Below, piece by piece: positions 1 to 12,751 of a DNA stretch of 64,000 nt. Each line of letters begins with the position of its first letter. The stretch's first letter is position 1. Source of the DNA: Eledone cirrhosa (taxonomy: Eukaryota); contig OZ024742.1 of assembly GCA_964016885.1 (NCBI GenBank), forward strand, positions 337,466,001-337,530,000. Direction: 5' to 3'. The translations under genes and the position numbers were made by a program. Below the pieces are notes generated by a model. It made no database searches. It saw nothing but the letters and a program-made list of their open reading frames with translations, and was not told where the DNA came from.

Positions 1-316
1 AAATAGTTCAGGAATATGTAGCATGCTCCACAGAAGGTGAATAGATTGCCAATCATATGTGTGAATAGAATATATAGAATCTGAGATCATAGGGAAACAT
101 GTGTTGGCACTGATTAAGTGTGTATTTGTATGGACCCATAACTCCTGGTGAAGTTGTAGGGTCAATCATAAAATACAGTGATTTTTTTAAACCTGATGGA
201 TCTCATTCCCTTTCTGGGTTTGAACACAACTAATTTCTTATAGAGATGGAAGTGAGAGGAGGGAAGAGAGGGGGAAGAGGGAGGAGAGTGGTAAGAGGGA
301 GAGGGGAAATAAATAA

Positions 317-347
<31 letters not shown>

Positions 348-629
348 TTTTTTTTTTTCTTAAATAGAGGTGTAACACATGAGTTGTGATATATTGGTAA
401 AAGGAAAAGAAAATGCTGACAAATTTTTTTTTGCTCTAATCTAGATTAGAGCAAACATCACGAGCGCTCTATCTCAAAATTATTTTTGAAAAGCATTAGA
501 AATGCGCAACCGGTAAAAACTTAAAACTAAAACTGAATACTAACCAATACTTATTACTAATTTATACTTATTCCTAATTAAACTATTTTTCACTGGGAAA
601 AATTTGTCAGCATTTTCTTTTCCTTTTTA

Positions 630-663
<34 letters not shown>

Positions 664-666
<3 letters not shown>

Positions 667-1270
667 TCATCATCATCATCATCATCATCGTTTAACGTCC
701 GTGTTCCACGCTTGCATGGGTTTGGACGGGGGTTTTCCCACTTGAGGCAAGAGTGATTGTCTTGCTCGCATAGGACTGTCTGGCAGGTTTTCTACAGCTG
801 GATGCCCTTCCTAACACCAACCACATTTACAGTGTGGGTCTGGGAGGTTTTTACCGTGTTGCCTACACAGCCACATTACAGCGTGGACTGTGTGTTTTTT
901 TGTCGTGACACCTACACGATCTCATTTGTTTCGGCCTGGATGGTGTGGCACCAACATAACTTTACATAGAAGGGGGGCGGTGTGGATGGGGTGGGGGGGG
1001 GGTGTATTTTGTTAGAGATGCCTACTGACTGTAGTAGGTTTTACTTTGTATTTAGGTAAGGCGGGTCTTCTCTATTACTGAGTACCGCCAAAGGTCTCGG
1101 TCCAGTGACATTGTCTTGGAGAGGTGTAAGTGTGTGAGGTCGGAGTTTATCAGCTCGTCCCAGGTTTTTCTGGGTCTGCCTATTCCGTGGCTACCGTCTA
1201 TCTTTATTGCCCTGCACTTTGTTATACAGCTATCATCCTTCATGCGCATCACGTGACCATACCAACGTAG
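664..1270 (-). mobile_element. 5'-truncated RTE-clade LINE (C-terminus of ORF, 3' UTR and (GAT)n tail)
   Basis: Encodes WYGHVMRM...GRPRKTW...DRDLWR, typical of the RTE C-terminus. (CAT)n at 664-688. Confidence 0.9.
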
Positions 1271-1349
1271 ATTTAGCTTGCACCAAATCCCTCACCTGCA
1301 TGAAGAATTGATGAGCATGGCATCAATTGGGTGTAGATTCTAAGCCTAA

Positions 1350-1419
<70 letters not shown>

Positions 1420-1789
1420 CATTGCCACAACCCAGTACTGGACTGGTAATTTTTTAACAATCTCAATATGATGATAGTCTAAATTAACCTCAGCGGGGGA
1501 ATGCAGAGAACCGGAACAAATACTGTAAACCATTCCATTTGATGTTTTAATGACTCTGCAAATTCGCTGCTATTAATGAATTAGAATATTCAAAAGTGAG
1601 GAGAGAACTTTATCTTGAATTCACTTACATGAAAGTTTTAGTAAAAAAACTGTCAAATAATGCATTGATGTAACTTGTTTTAGGCTTAGAATCTACTCCC
1701 AATTGATGCCATGCTCATCAATTCTTCATGCAGGTGAGGGATTTGGTGCAAGCTAAATCTATTTGTGCCCATATACTTATGTGTTCAGA

Positions 1790-2102
1790 TCATCATCATC
1801 ATAATTTAATATCCATTTTCCACATTAGCATGAGTTAGAGGTAAGTTGGGTCAGGTGACCATGTCTTGCTCATATAGAACTGTTTCTGGCTTGGTTTCTA
1901 TGGTTGGATGCCCTTACTAATACCAACCACATTTACAGTGCGTGCTGGATGCTTTTTGTTGTGACACCTACATGACCACTTTACAGTGTGGGCTGAGTGC
2001 TTTTTGTTGTGACACCTACATGACCACTTTACAGTGTGGGCTGGGTGCTTTTTGTTGTGACACCTACATGACCACTTTACAGTGTGGGCTGGGTGCTTTT
2101 TT
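1790..2102 (-). mobile_element. Degenerate RTE 3'-tail or SINE-tail fragment with an internal triplicated 49-bp unit
   Basis: Shares ggatgccctt...ccacatttacagtg with the RTE 3' UTRs. The unit tttttgttgtgacacctacatgaccactttacagtgtgggctg occurs three times. Confidence 0.7.
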
Positions 2103-2114
2103 TTTCAGATATGA

Positions 2115-2145
<31 letters not shown>

Positions 2146-2694
2146 ATAGGAACAGCATCCGGCCATAGAAAACTTGCCAGAAAAAAAGAGTCAGGAGGAT
2201 ACTCCAGTCGTGTCAAGGGCATGACAACCTCCCTAGTGCTGGTAATCTATATGATAAACACACCCAGTACACACTGTAAAGCGGTTGGTGAAAGTAATGG
2301 CATCCAGCCTTAGGAATCATGCCAAACAAAGAGTTGGGAGGACCCTCAACTGCGTCAAAGGTATGACAACCTCTCCTGAGCACGTAATGGAACATGAGAC
2401 TGTACATAAGTGCACAGGTTCCTGGCCTGCCTGGGAGATCAGTGGTTCTGCTTCAGTATTGACAAGGTCTATATGGACCTGTCCAACTCTTGCTAGCAGG
2501 GAAAGTGGACATTAAAACAACAATGGTGATGATAATGTGTTGTCGGCTATTCTCCATGGCAATGCAATCACCATTATGTCCACAGCTGAGAGATACCACT
2601 TAGACCGGGTTGTAGAGTCTGTTGCTCCTTCTCCTTCTTCCCTTCCTTTTCGTTGTTTAATTTCTTTCATTTTATTTCCCCTTAAATGATTTCC

Positions 2695-5120
2695 TTGAGC
2701 TTGTGCTGGACTCGAACTGGTCTCAAGCAGTCACCTCCCCAACAAGAGGTGACAACACTTTGGATCTACTCTTTACCACTACTCCTGAAACGGTTATTAG
2801 TGTTATTACTGAGGAACCTTTAGGTGACTCTGATCATGCTCTGATCATTGCCAATCTGTCCTTCATGGGCAGTAACAAAAACCACAACAATCTACAAACT
2901 GCTGATTTTGACTGGAATAAAGCAGACTGGAACTGTTACTTCTTCAAGCTGCAACGTCCAAACTGGCTGGAATTTTACAACTCTGGAGATGTCAACACTG
3001 TACTCCAGAACATCCTGAACTCAATATGGACAGCATGTGCAGCATTGGTGCCATGTAAGCAGAAAGAACATCGCAAAAGTGCAATTTTGGAGACTGCAGC
3101 AGTCCGTCTTGCCAGGAAAGAATGTTGTAATTTTGAGTGTGAGTACAAACTGGATGAATCAGATATCAATAGAAAAAAGCGAAATAAATCATCCAACAAC
3201 ATCAAGCAGGTGACAAAAAAGGCAGTGTCTGAATTTGAAAAGCACATAGCAACCAACCCTGACAGTAAGGTGTTCTGGAAGCAGAGGCCTCACTCTCCAG
3301 TTGGTTCTCTTCGCAATCCCCACACAAGCCAGATCACTGACGATCCCAAAGAATATGCAGAACTCATTGCTGAATGCTATGCAGGCACTTTCACTGTTGA
3401 AGACCAGAATGTACCATCTCTGCCATCTCTAACATCAAATTCCATAAGAACTATGGAATTTACACCTGCAATGCTGCGACGTCACCTTAAGAATAAGCGC
3501 AACTATGCCTTCCCTGGTCTTGATGGTGTGACATACCTGCTTCTCAAACGTGGCGGGTACTTCCTTTTGCACCAGCTTTATTTCTTCTTTCAATACTGTC
3601 TCAACAATGGTGCTACTCCGGAGCAGTGGAAAACTGCCAGTGTCATTCCCCTGTTCAAAAAGGGCGACCGCACGTCACCTGTCAACTATCGTCCAGTCAG
3701 TTTTACTAGCTGTATTGCCAAACTGATGGAATCCTGTTTTCAGAGAAACACTTTTGAACTTCTGGAACTCTCACAGTCTTATCCGGCCCTCGCAATTTGG
3801 ATTTATCCCTAATTCCAGCTGCTGTGATCAACTTATCAAGTTTCTTGAAGACATCATCCGGATCACTGATGGCAGCTCATGGGTGGATGTTGTTTGCCTT
3901 GACTTTGCTAAAGCTTTCAATTCTGTGCCACACAAAAGACTTATGGCAAAACTCTCTGCAATGGGTGTGAAGGATGATCTTTTTAACTGGTTGAAGTACT
4001 TCATTCTCAGTCGAAGAGAGGTAGTCATGGTTCTAGGACAGCATTCCTCACCGTCTGAGATGTCATCTAGTGTACCACAGGGATCTGTTGTTGGTCTCCT
4101 TTTGTTTGTGGCATATATTAATGACATAGATGCCAACTTAAAGAATGCCACAGTACTGAAATATGAAGATGACATCAAGCTGTACCTTGAGATAAAATGG
4201 ACAGATCCTGAACATTATAGATCTTTCCTGCAATCAGACTTGGACACAATGCAACAATGGATCTCAGACTGGCAACTCAAGCTAGCTGTGGACAAATGCA
4301 CCACATGTATTTTGGGAGTAAAAACCCAGCATCCACATACTCCCTCCACAGCACTAATATCAAGAAGTCTTCTTGTGAACGTGACCTGGGCATTACTGTC
4401 AGCAGCGATTTGTGTTGGACGAAGCACGTCTCTAAAATTGTCAAGAGGGCCGAGGGTGTCTTAACATCACTCAGCAAAACCTTTGTCAGCCGCTCTCCAG
4501 CTATCTATTTAAGACTGTACATGGCTATGGTGAGGCCACACTTAGAATTTGCATCACCAGTCTGGAACCCCTATCTTGCTCAGAACATTGACCGCCTGGA
4601 AACTGTTCAGAGACGTGCAACCAAGCAAATACCCTCCATCAGGCATCTACCATACTCTGAGCGCCTTGCTTCCCTGGGCATGGATACATTGAAGCTCCGA
4701 CGCCTGGCAACTAACTTGGTAAACACCCACAAAATTGTTAACCATCTTAACAACAACTCTGAGTACCTTTTTGATTTCCATGTGTCTAACACACGTGGGC
4801 ATGCCCACAAAGTCAGAAAACAGTACAGTTCCCATGACTTTCGGACACATTTTTTCACGCTCAGAGTTGCTGAAGCATGGAACAAACTACCTGCATCAGT
4901 TGTTAGCTGTCGAGACACTGCATTCTTTAAGGCCTCCATGCTTCCCTAGATTCGCCAACACTACACCTAATGTTCCCCCTCCATACACATACACACATGT
5001 ATACCATGACTCATGCACTATTCACTTCCCTGACATTTGTGTATTATTCTATGTACTATACATGCACCTTTGATGAGTTGTTGTACACCTGAGCACTGTA
5101 CACAATAATTTCATTATTAT
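2695..5120 (+). mobile_element. CR1/L2-type non-LTR retrotransposon, 5'-truncated and frameshifted (endonuclease C-terminus plus RT)
   Basis: Motifs PTRGDNTLDL...SDH, NYRPVS, LDFAKAF, VPQGSV, YEDD and RPHLEFASPVWNP are spread over three frames. The 3' tail is caataatttcattattatt. Confidence 0.92.
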
Positions 5121-5159
5121 TCTTATTCCTTCTATTCTTCATTTCCGTATTGCTTTATA

Positions 5160-5541
5160 TAATTGTTTCTACTTTTGGCACAAGGACAGCAATTACCCAG
5201 TATATTACTAGTATTTTATTTTATCGACCCCGTAAGGATGAAAGACAAAGTTAACCTCGACGGGATTTGAACTCAGATCGTAAAGGGACGTAACTACGCT
5301 GGAAAGCATGTCCGACTCTCTACCGATATTGCCAATTCACCAAACTGCGTATTGCTTTATATAATTGTTTCTACTTTAGGCACAAGGCCAGCAATTACCC
5401 AGTTCATTACTGGTACTTTATTTTATCGACCCCGTAAGGATGAAAGGCAAAGTCAACCTCGGCGGGATTTGAACTCAGATTGTAAAGGGACGTAACTATG
5501 CTGGAAAGCATGGCGTCCGACCCTCTACCGATACTGCCAAT
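5160..5541 (-). mobile_element. Two tandem tRNA-derived SINEs
   Basis: Minus-strand A box (tggcagtatcgg) and B box (gagttcaaatc), with the shared body ttgcctttcatccttacggggtcgataaaataaa. Confidence 0.85.
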
Positions 5542-6057
5542 AATGTACTATTGTCAATTAAGTGGCGGTAATAACTCCAGAACCATAATGTATTATCTCC
5601 CTTCCTTCATACTTTTTCTGTCATTTAATTTCTTGTCTTCTCTCACATCTTTCTTGGCTTATTGAGTGGAATTTGTGTTCAAGTATGATTTCTCCTAATG
5701 ACTATATATAAGTAGCAAAAGGAAATGTAGCGAAGTTGATGTTGCGTAGATTGGCGATAGAATGTAGAGTAGATGTAGTGATGGAAGGAATTGGTTTGAG
5801 TTTGTTGTTCATTTGAGTGTGGTAGATATTGTAGTAGTTTGTGTTGGTGCCTTGATGGGTTATTATGAAGAAGGTAAAATTTGTCCCATAATAAAACGCT
5901 GTGTGCAAAGCCATTGAATGAACAAATAAAACATGATAGTGACTTAAAGAATTTGTATTAAGAAATAGCTTACTTTGAAGCTATTGTTGATAAAACAGGA
6001 AAACAACAAAGAACCAAGTGAATTGTCTGTTGTTTTTGTGTGGTTGGATTACGTGAA

Positions 6058-7420
6058 TCATCATCATCATCATCGTTTAACGTCTATCTTCCACGCTAGC
6101 ATGGGTTTAGACGGGAATTGTCCCACTCGAAGCAAGATTGGTTGTCTTGCTCGTACAGGACTGTCTGGCAGGTTTTCTACGGTTGGATGCACTTCCTAAT
6201 ACCAACCACGTTTACAGTGTGGACTGGGAGCTTTTTACCGTGTTACCTACACGGCCACATTACAGCGTGGACTGTGTTTTTTTTGTCGTGACACCTACAC
6301 GACCTCATTTATTTAGGACTGGATGTTGTGGTACCAACATAACTTTACAGAGAAAGGGGTGGTGTAGATGGGGGTAGGGGTAGTGGGATGGAGGGGTATT
6401 TTTGGTTAAGAGGTGCCTACTGACTGTAGGTTTCGCTTTGTACTTAGGCAAGGCGGGTCGTCTGTATTACTGCATAGCGCCAAAGATCTCGGTCCAGTGA
6501 CATTATCTTGAAGAGGTGTAAGTGTGTGAGGTCGGAATTTATCAAATCGTCCCAGGTTTTTCTGGGTCTGCCTACTCCGTGGCTACCGTCTATTTTTATC
6601 GCCCTGCACTTTTTTATACAGCTGTCGTCTTTCATGCGCATCACGTGACCATACCAACGTAGTCTTCTCTCGAGTAAACAGCATCTGATCCCTCTTATTC
6701 CAAATTTCTCACTTAGTTCATTTATGCTTTGCCATTCACGTATATTACTACTACACATCCAATTGGGCATGCAAGCTTCGTTCCTCTCCAGTCTGCACAG
6801 ATCCTCTGCACACAATGCCCATGTCTCACTGCCATGTAACATTGCAGGCATCATACAGTCTGTCTTTCATTTTTAGAGAGAAACCAATAGTGGCCAATAG
6901 TGGTATAAGCTCTCTGAACTTTTTCCCTTCCCGTTCTGACTCTGGCTACTGTACTTTCAGAGGACCCTCCACCACTGCTGATTTTATCACCCAGGTAACG
7001 GAAGGTGTCCCCTATTTCTATAGAACCGTCTGGGCAATGGAAAGAGCAAGTATCCTGTGGGCACGTGCTACCTATTGCATCTAAGCACCGACCACATATA
7101 AAATCTCTGTTCTTAGTTAGCTTAACTGTGATCCCACTACATCTTTTATGCACCCATACTTTGCATTTGGGACATAAAATGGAGTTTCTGCCTACTCCTT
7201 TCCTACACACTGAGCATGGCCATTTCCCAGAGGGGACCAGTGCCCTATTTTCCTTCCTACATACTAGAACTTTAGTCTTAGACAAGTTAATTTTAAGGCC
7301 TTTTGATTCTAGGCCATGCTGCCATGTTTGGAATTTCTTCTCTAGTTCAGCCATTGATTCAGCTATGAGTGTTAGATCATCTGCATATAGAAGTTCCCAT
7401 GGGCAGCCGGTCTTGAACTT
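6058..7420 (-). mobile_element. RTE-clade LINE fragment (RT C-terminal half with a PHD-like C4HC3 insert, plus 3' UTR)
   Basis: Minus-strand ELLYADDL at about 7375-7398, CSVCRK..CPKC..WVHKRC..C, MLHGSETW and GRPRKTW. (CAT)n tail. Confidence 0.92.
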
Positions 7421-7781
7421 CTATATGCAGATGATCATCCCTGCATACACACACATTCAATCTACGTCACAAATTCCACTACATTTAAACACATCCCCAA
7501 AATATTCTCTTTCGTGTTTATTACTACTCTTTGTTATTTCAAATTTTTAACTATTCCTGTTAGCCACATGATTTGTTGCATTCCATGGAAGAAACAAAAT
7601 CATCTAAATTAGCAGTTTTATTTCCTTGTTTGTCAGTCTCAATATTTTGGTGGTAGTTATTGCTTTCCTCACTGCAATCATACATCAACACATGATGACA
7701 CAACCAATATCTCTACTAAATATACTACAATGTATATATATAGTATATCATTATCATCAGTTCAGCAATGATGTAGAGGCC

Positions 7782-8324
7782 TCATCATCATCATCATCAT
7801 CATCATCAACGTTTAACGTCCGTGTTCCATGCTTGCATGGGTTTGGACGGGGGTTTTCCCACTTGAGGCAAGAGTGATTGTCTTGCTCGCATAGGACTGT
7901 CTGGCAGGTTTTCTACAGTTGGATGCCCTTCCTAACACCAACCACGTTTACAGTGTGGGTCTGGGAGGTTTTTACCGTGTTGCCTACACGGCCACATTAC
8001 AGCGTGGACTGTGTGTTTTTTTGTCCTGACACCTACACGATCTCATTTGTTTCGGCCTGGATGGTGTGGCACCAACATAACTTTACATAGAAGGGGGCGG
8101 TGTGGATGGGGTGGGGGTGGGGGTGGGGTGTATTTTGTTAGAGATGCCTACTGACTGTAGTAGGTTTTACTTTGTATTTAGGTAAGGTGGGTCTTCTCTA
8201 TTACTGAGTACCGCCAAAGGTCTCGGTCCAGTGACATTGTCTTGGTGAGGTGTAAGTGTGTGAGGTCGGAGTTTATCAGCTCGTCCCAGGTTTTTCTGGG
8301 TCTGCCTATTCCGTGGCTACCGTA
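7782..8324 (-). mobile_element. 5'-truncated RTE LINE copy nearly identical to 664-1198
   Basis: Near-identical sequence by direct comparison. (CAT)n tail. Confidence 0.9.
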
Positions 8325-8845
8325 TGAAAACAAAATGTCTTAAACTGAATGAATTCTATTCCTTCCTAACTATTGAGCAAATATTACAAATACAGCATGA
8401 TGGAAAACAGGGCATGCTCTGCAAGAGAATGCAAAATGATGATATGCAACACACAAACTAGAAAAAGACAGAAGAAAACACTTTTATTTTATGACAAAAG
8501 ATTAACATCTACTTCAAACATATTAAACAAGGTGGTCTTTCCAAACATTAAATGTTTGTTTTTTTTTAAAAATGGAATTGAAATAAACCATGTAGGAAAG
8601 CTGGATGAAAAAAGTTTTAAGTGTGGTGCATTCAAGTGGTTAAAAGAAAAGTCTTTTAGGAGCTTTCAAAAAAATTCTCTCTTCAATTTATTGTTATGAT
8701 AAATGATAGGTGCTACTACTGAAGCAAAGGTTTTGGTTGTTGTTGAAGAGGATAATAAACACGACAAATACCAATAACTCTGGTTGGATATATAACTTTA
8801 CTTCACTTCAGCAAAAAGGTAAAAGAATATGATTACTTCTCCACA

Positions 8846-9169
8846 GGTACAAGCTGAAGCTGAAGCATATAGACAATATGCCCCCACCCCCTCCCACTGC
8901 AAAGTGGTCATAGAGGTGCCACAGCAAAAAAGCACCCAGCCCACTGTAAAGTGGATGTGTAGGCGCCACGGGAAAAAAGCACCCAGCCCTCACTGTAAAT
9001 GAAGTTGGGGTTAGGAAGGACATTCAACTGTAGAAATCAAGCCAGAATCAGTTCCCGTATGAGCAAGACAAGGTCAGCCAACTGGACACTGCCCACAACA
9101 AGTCAACCCGTCTAACCCATGCTAGCGTGGAAGAACGGATGTAAAACGATGATGATGATGATGATGATG
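8846..9169 (+). mobile_element. RTE LINE 3' UTR fragment, same subfamily as the 32293-35436 element
   Basis: Reverse-complement match to 32293-32600. (GAT)n tail. Confidence 0.85.
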
Positions 9170-9945
9170 AAAGTTTGATTGAAGTATTCACAAATGAATA
9201 TAGTGTTCAAAAAGGTTTTTGCAATGTTCCCTTACAAAGTAAAAAGTTGTAGTCAGACATACCTAACAGCATAGGTAGTAGTGGCAAGGCAGCGGTGTTG
9301 TCTATATGAAGAGGCAGATGACTGAGTGTGGTTGAAGTGCCAATGGAAGAATTGGTGTCGGGCCCTTGTCGAGAGGGCCGAAGTTTCTTTGCTAAATGCT
9401 ACATCTCGCTACTTGCTTGAGCAACTCGAAGTGATCCTTCTCTTCTGGGGAACCAGAGTCAAATGACCCAAAGAAAAACTTATTTCATTTAACCTGAAGC
9501 TGGTCAGCTTCTCCTGAGCGCTGACGCCAACCCGAGATAAAGAGAAATAGCAGCCAGATATCATTCGGGGGGTCAGTATGTGCGAAGAGATTTCACTACA
9601 CTCCCACTTATCCCACATTCACTAGTTGAAATTGATGCACTGTTAATTTAATCACAGGTAAATGTGTTAAATTTAGATTTAATAATAAGATTTATAACTC
9701 ATGCTTTAGGTTTCCCATTATCACACATGGGCTCTAAATAAATCAATCATAATCCATTAAGAGTATATACGGATACAATATATCATGGACTTTTCTATCG
9801 ATTACACTTATATCAATTGCTTCCACAACTCAGGAATTACGATCTGCTGCAGTTTCCATTAGTTTTTCCATTTATATACAGTATATACTATAGAAATATA
9901 TCATACAATGAGGCAAAACACGCTATTTTCAAGATTGTGTGTTCG

Positions 9946-10002
<57 letters not shown>

Positions 10003-10081
10003 TATTGAAGTTTCCGTTGAAAATTGAAAAAGTCATAGGAGTGAAGAGTGCTCTATGTAAGTTACAGAGCTAAATTTAATG

Positions 10082-10374
<293 letters not shown>

Positions 10375-10825
10375 TTTTCTATCTTTGGTTATTTAATACA
10401 CGCACATCGTAAACAAAACATCCGCTGTTTTGTGTCCCACGTCTGAAAATCACCTGACATACTACGGTATTGTTAAAATAATAAAAACACCTCACAAAGC
10501 CTTAACCAAGTGAAAACATATTTCACGGTCACTTTTATAAGTTTGTTATTAATAACTGGTGTAACTGATAATACAACAGGCTGGTGCTGTCGTCATCTGT
10601 TGTATTAACTGTAAAACTCTTAATACTTTTGTCAGCTGGAAGCTATAGGCGAGAGCAAATTGTTAATTATTTCGGGCATTTCACATTTTTGTGAATGTTT
10701 GCCTTTCCAACTCACCATAGCTTGCCTGTTGTAATTGGATTTATAAAACACTATCGTAAGAAATATCTGTCATAATTTGACGATCGCACATTGGATTAAT
10801 TCTCAGTTGAAACAACTTGTACAGG

Positions 10826-10915
10826 ATGGCTGACGATAGCTCTAAATTGTTGGCCGGTAATGTTCCCGAGGACTCCAGACCGAGCTACTATAACGATGCT
10901 GACATGGGACGAGGT
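10826..10915 (+). CDS. TMEM243: TMEM243-like small membrane protein, coding exon 1 (MADDSSKLLAGNVPEDSRPSYYNDADMGRG)
   Basis: ATG at 10826, 30 open codons, then a phase-0 GTAAGT donor at 10916. Joins in frame to exon 2. A hydrophilic N-terminus of this length matches TMEM243. Confidence 0.7.
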
Positions 10916-11929
10916 GTAAGTAATATTATATTGAGAGGTCTTTCTTTTAATTAGTTGGCTTATTATCTTCAGTAAATATTTTATTACACCCATCTTTGTT
11001 GTGAAATTCTCGGGTGGAGAAACCTCAAAAGACAAGTGATTTACGACTGTTTTGAGGCCATATTCGTTCAAAAATTATGGGGAAAATATAAAGTTCAACT
11101 TCAAAATTCTAACCAAACCTATCAACTAACTACCCTTAAAATTAAAAAAAACCTTTATTACACCCTACTCTAAGACAGGTGTAATATTCAAAATGTTCCT
11201 CATCTTCTATAATGCCGTGGTTTTGTGTACTACTATACAATAATGTAAATCACTTTATCTCGTGGAATCCTCTTTAGGGAATTGCCTTAGCACATGTTGA
11301 CCTAGTGAATATTATGTATGAAGTTTAGAGGAGAAATGTAGTGATTCTATGTATCTTGTTAGTTATATGGCTAGTCATTAAATTTCCACAGTACAAGGTA
11401 TTTAATGAAATATACTAGGTATTAAATGGACATTTTTACTATTTCCGATAAAGGTGTTTTAAAAGATTACTCATTATTTTTTAAGTACATATATTAATTT
11501 ATACAAAAAAAAAAGTGTTTTGAATCATTATATTTTGACAGCAAAACTTATGGCCCGTCGTAGCCTGGATCTATACAAAAGATGTTTGAGATTATCACTT
11601 TTGGTATATTTGGTTAAAAACTTCTGAAAAATCTACCCAACAAGAATATATAACATCTATGTCAATATTAAAACAAATATAATCGTTGTACATGACAAAT
11701 TTTCTTTTAAAGAGCGATGTGTCTGTTTATTTAAATGTCAGGAATTAAGCCAGGAAGTTGCACATTCAACTGTTAACTATAATTTACTTCTGTATATAAT
11801 AAACACTAAATTGAACAAAAATATAATGCGCATATTTGGGAGATCTTTTATTATTTTTTTAAAACGTAACTAGTTGGCAGATTCTTTAGAATTCTGTGTC
11901 CTCATAACTTCGTTTCACTATAACTTTCT

Positions 11930-12063
11930 TAATAATTGTTTCTACATTTGGCACAAAGCCAGCAATGTGAAGGGAAGGGGAAAGTCGATTAAATCGACTC
12001 CAGTGCGTTTCTGGTATTTTTTTTATCGACCCCGTAAGGATGAAAGGCAAAGCTAACCTCGGC
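11930..12063 (-). mobile_element. tRNA-derived SINE, 3' half
   Basis: Contains the SINE body tttatcgaccccgtaaggatgaaaggcaaagctaacctcggc. Confidence 0.8.
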
Positions 12064-12751
12064 ATATATAACCAAATACGTATTTATGAGAACTATCATA
12101 CTGTTTAGAAGAATGTAGATAACGATTATGATAAATAAACTGTCGTCATGCCTTTTTTCTATTTATGTTTGACAGAAAATCTAATTGGCCAGCTTTACGC
12201 TTGCAATTCAGTTCTAATATAGAAAGTTTAATACTTCTGACAATTAATTTTTTCCACAAATATAGTTACCACAAACTAATTTTTAGTTACTAACACCATC
12301 AAAATATCTCTTTATATCACTTAAAGTTTATAACCCAAAGTTTTCTATCATGTACCAACGTGAGAACCTCTACTTGGTTACTCGACCTATTAGAAACAGC
12401 AGCGAAATCTCCACAAACCACATCTAAAAGGATAAATTAGATGCAAAGAAAGATGCAGTTATCATGGCTTTATGAACTGATAATATGTTCACACTTGTCA
12501 TATCTCCCACAATTTGACAGTGTAGTCTGACATACACAACTTGTAGCCGAAGTTAGAAAAATGATTATATATATATATATATAAATTTATTAAGGGTAAA
12601 TAGTGAGTCTTGTTACTCTGGAATTTCGCCTGTTTATCACCGCAACAAGCGTCACTATTTAGCCTTAGTAAAATGAATATTAAAACTCTTCTTCGGTATT
12701 GAGTACTCTTTTCTCTCAGCCGTTAACCACATACATACATATATATATAGA

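Noticed and set aside
5702-5914. 70-aa minus-strand ORF in a compositionally skewed region
   Set aside because: No recognisable motif or convincing splice sites. Possibly an old TE remnant, but unsupported.
8808-9023. Short ORFs beginning MPFLTPT / MSFLTPT (several copies)
   Set aside because: Antisense translations of the RTE/SINE 3' UTR.
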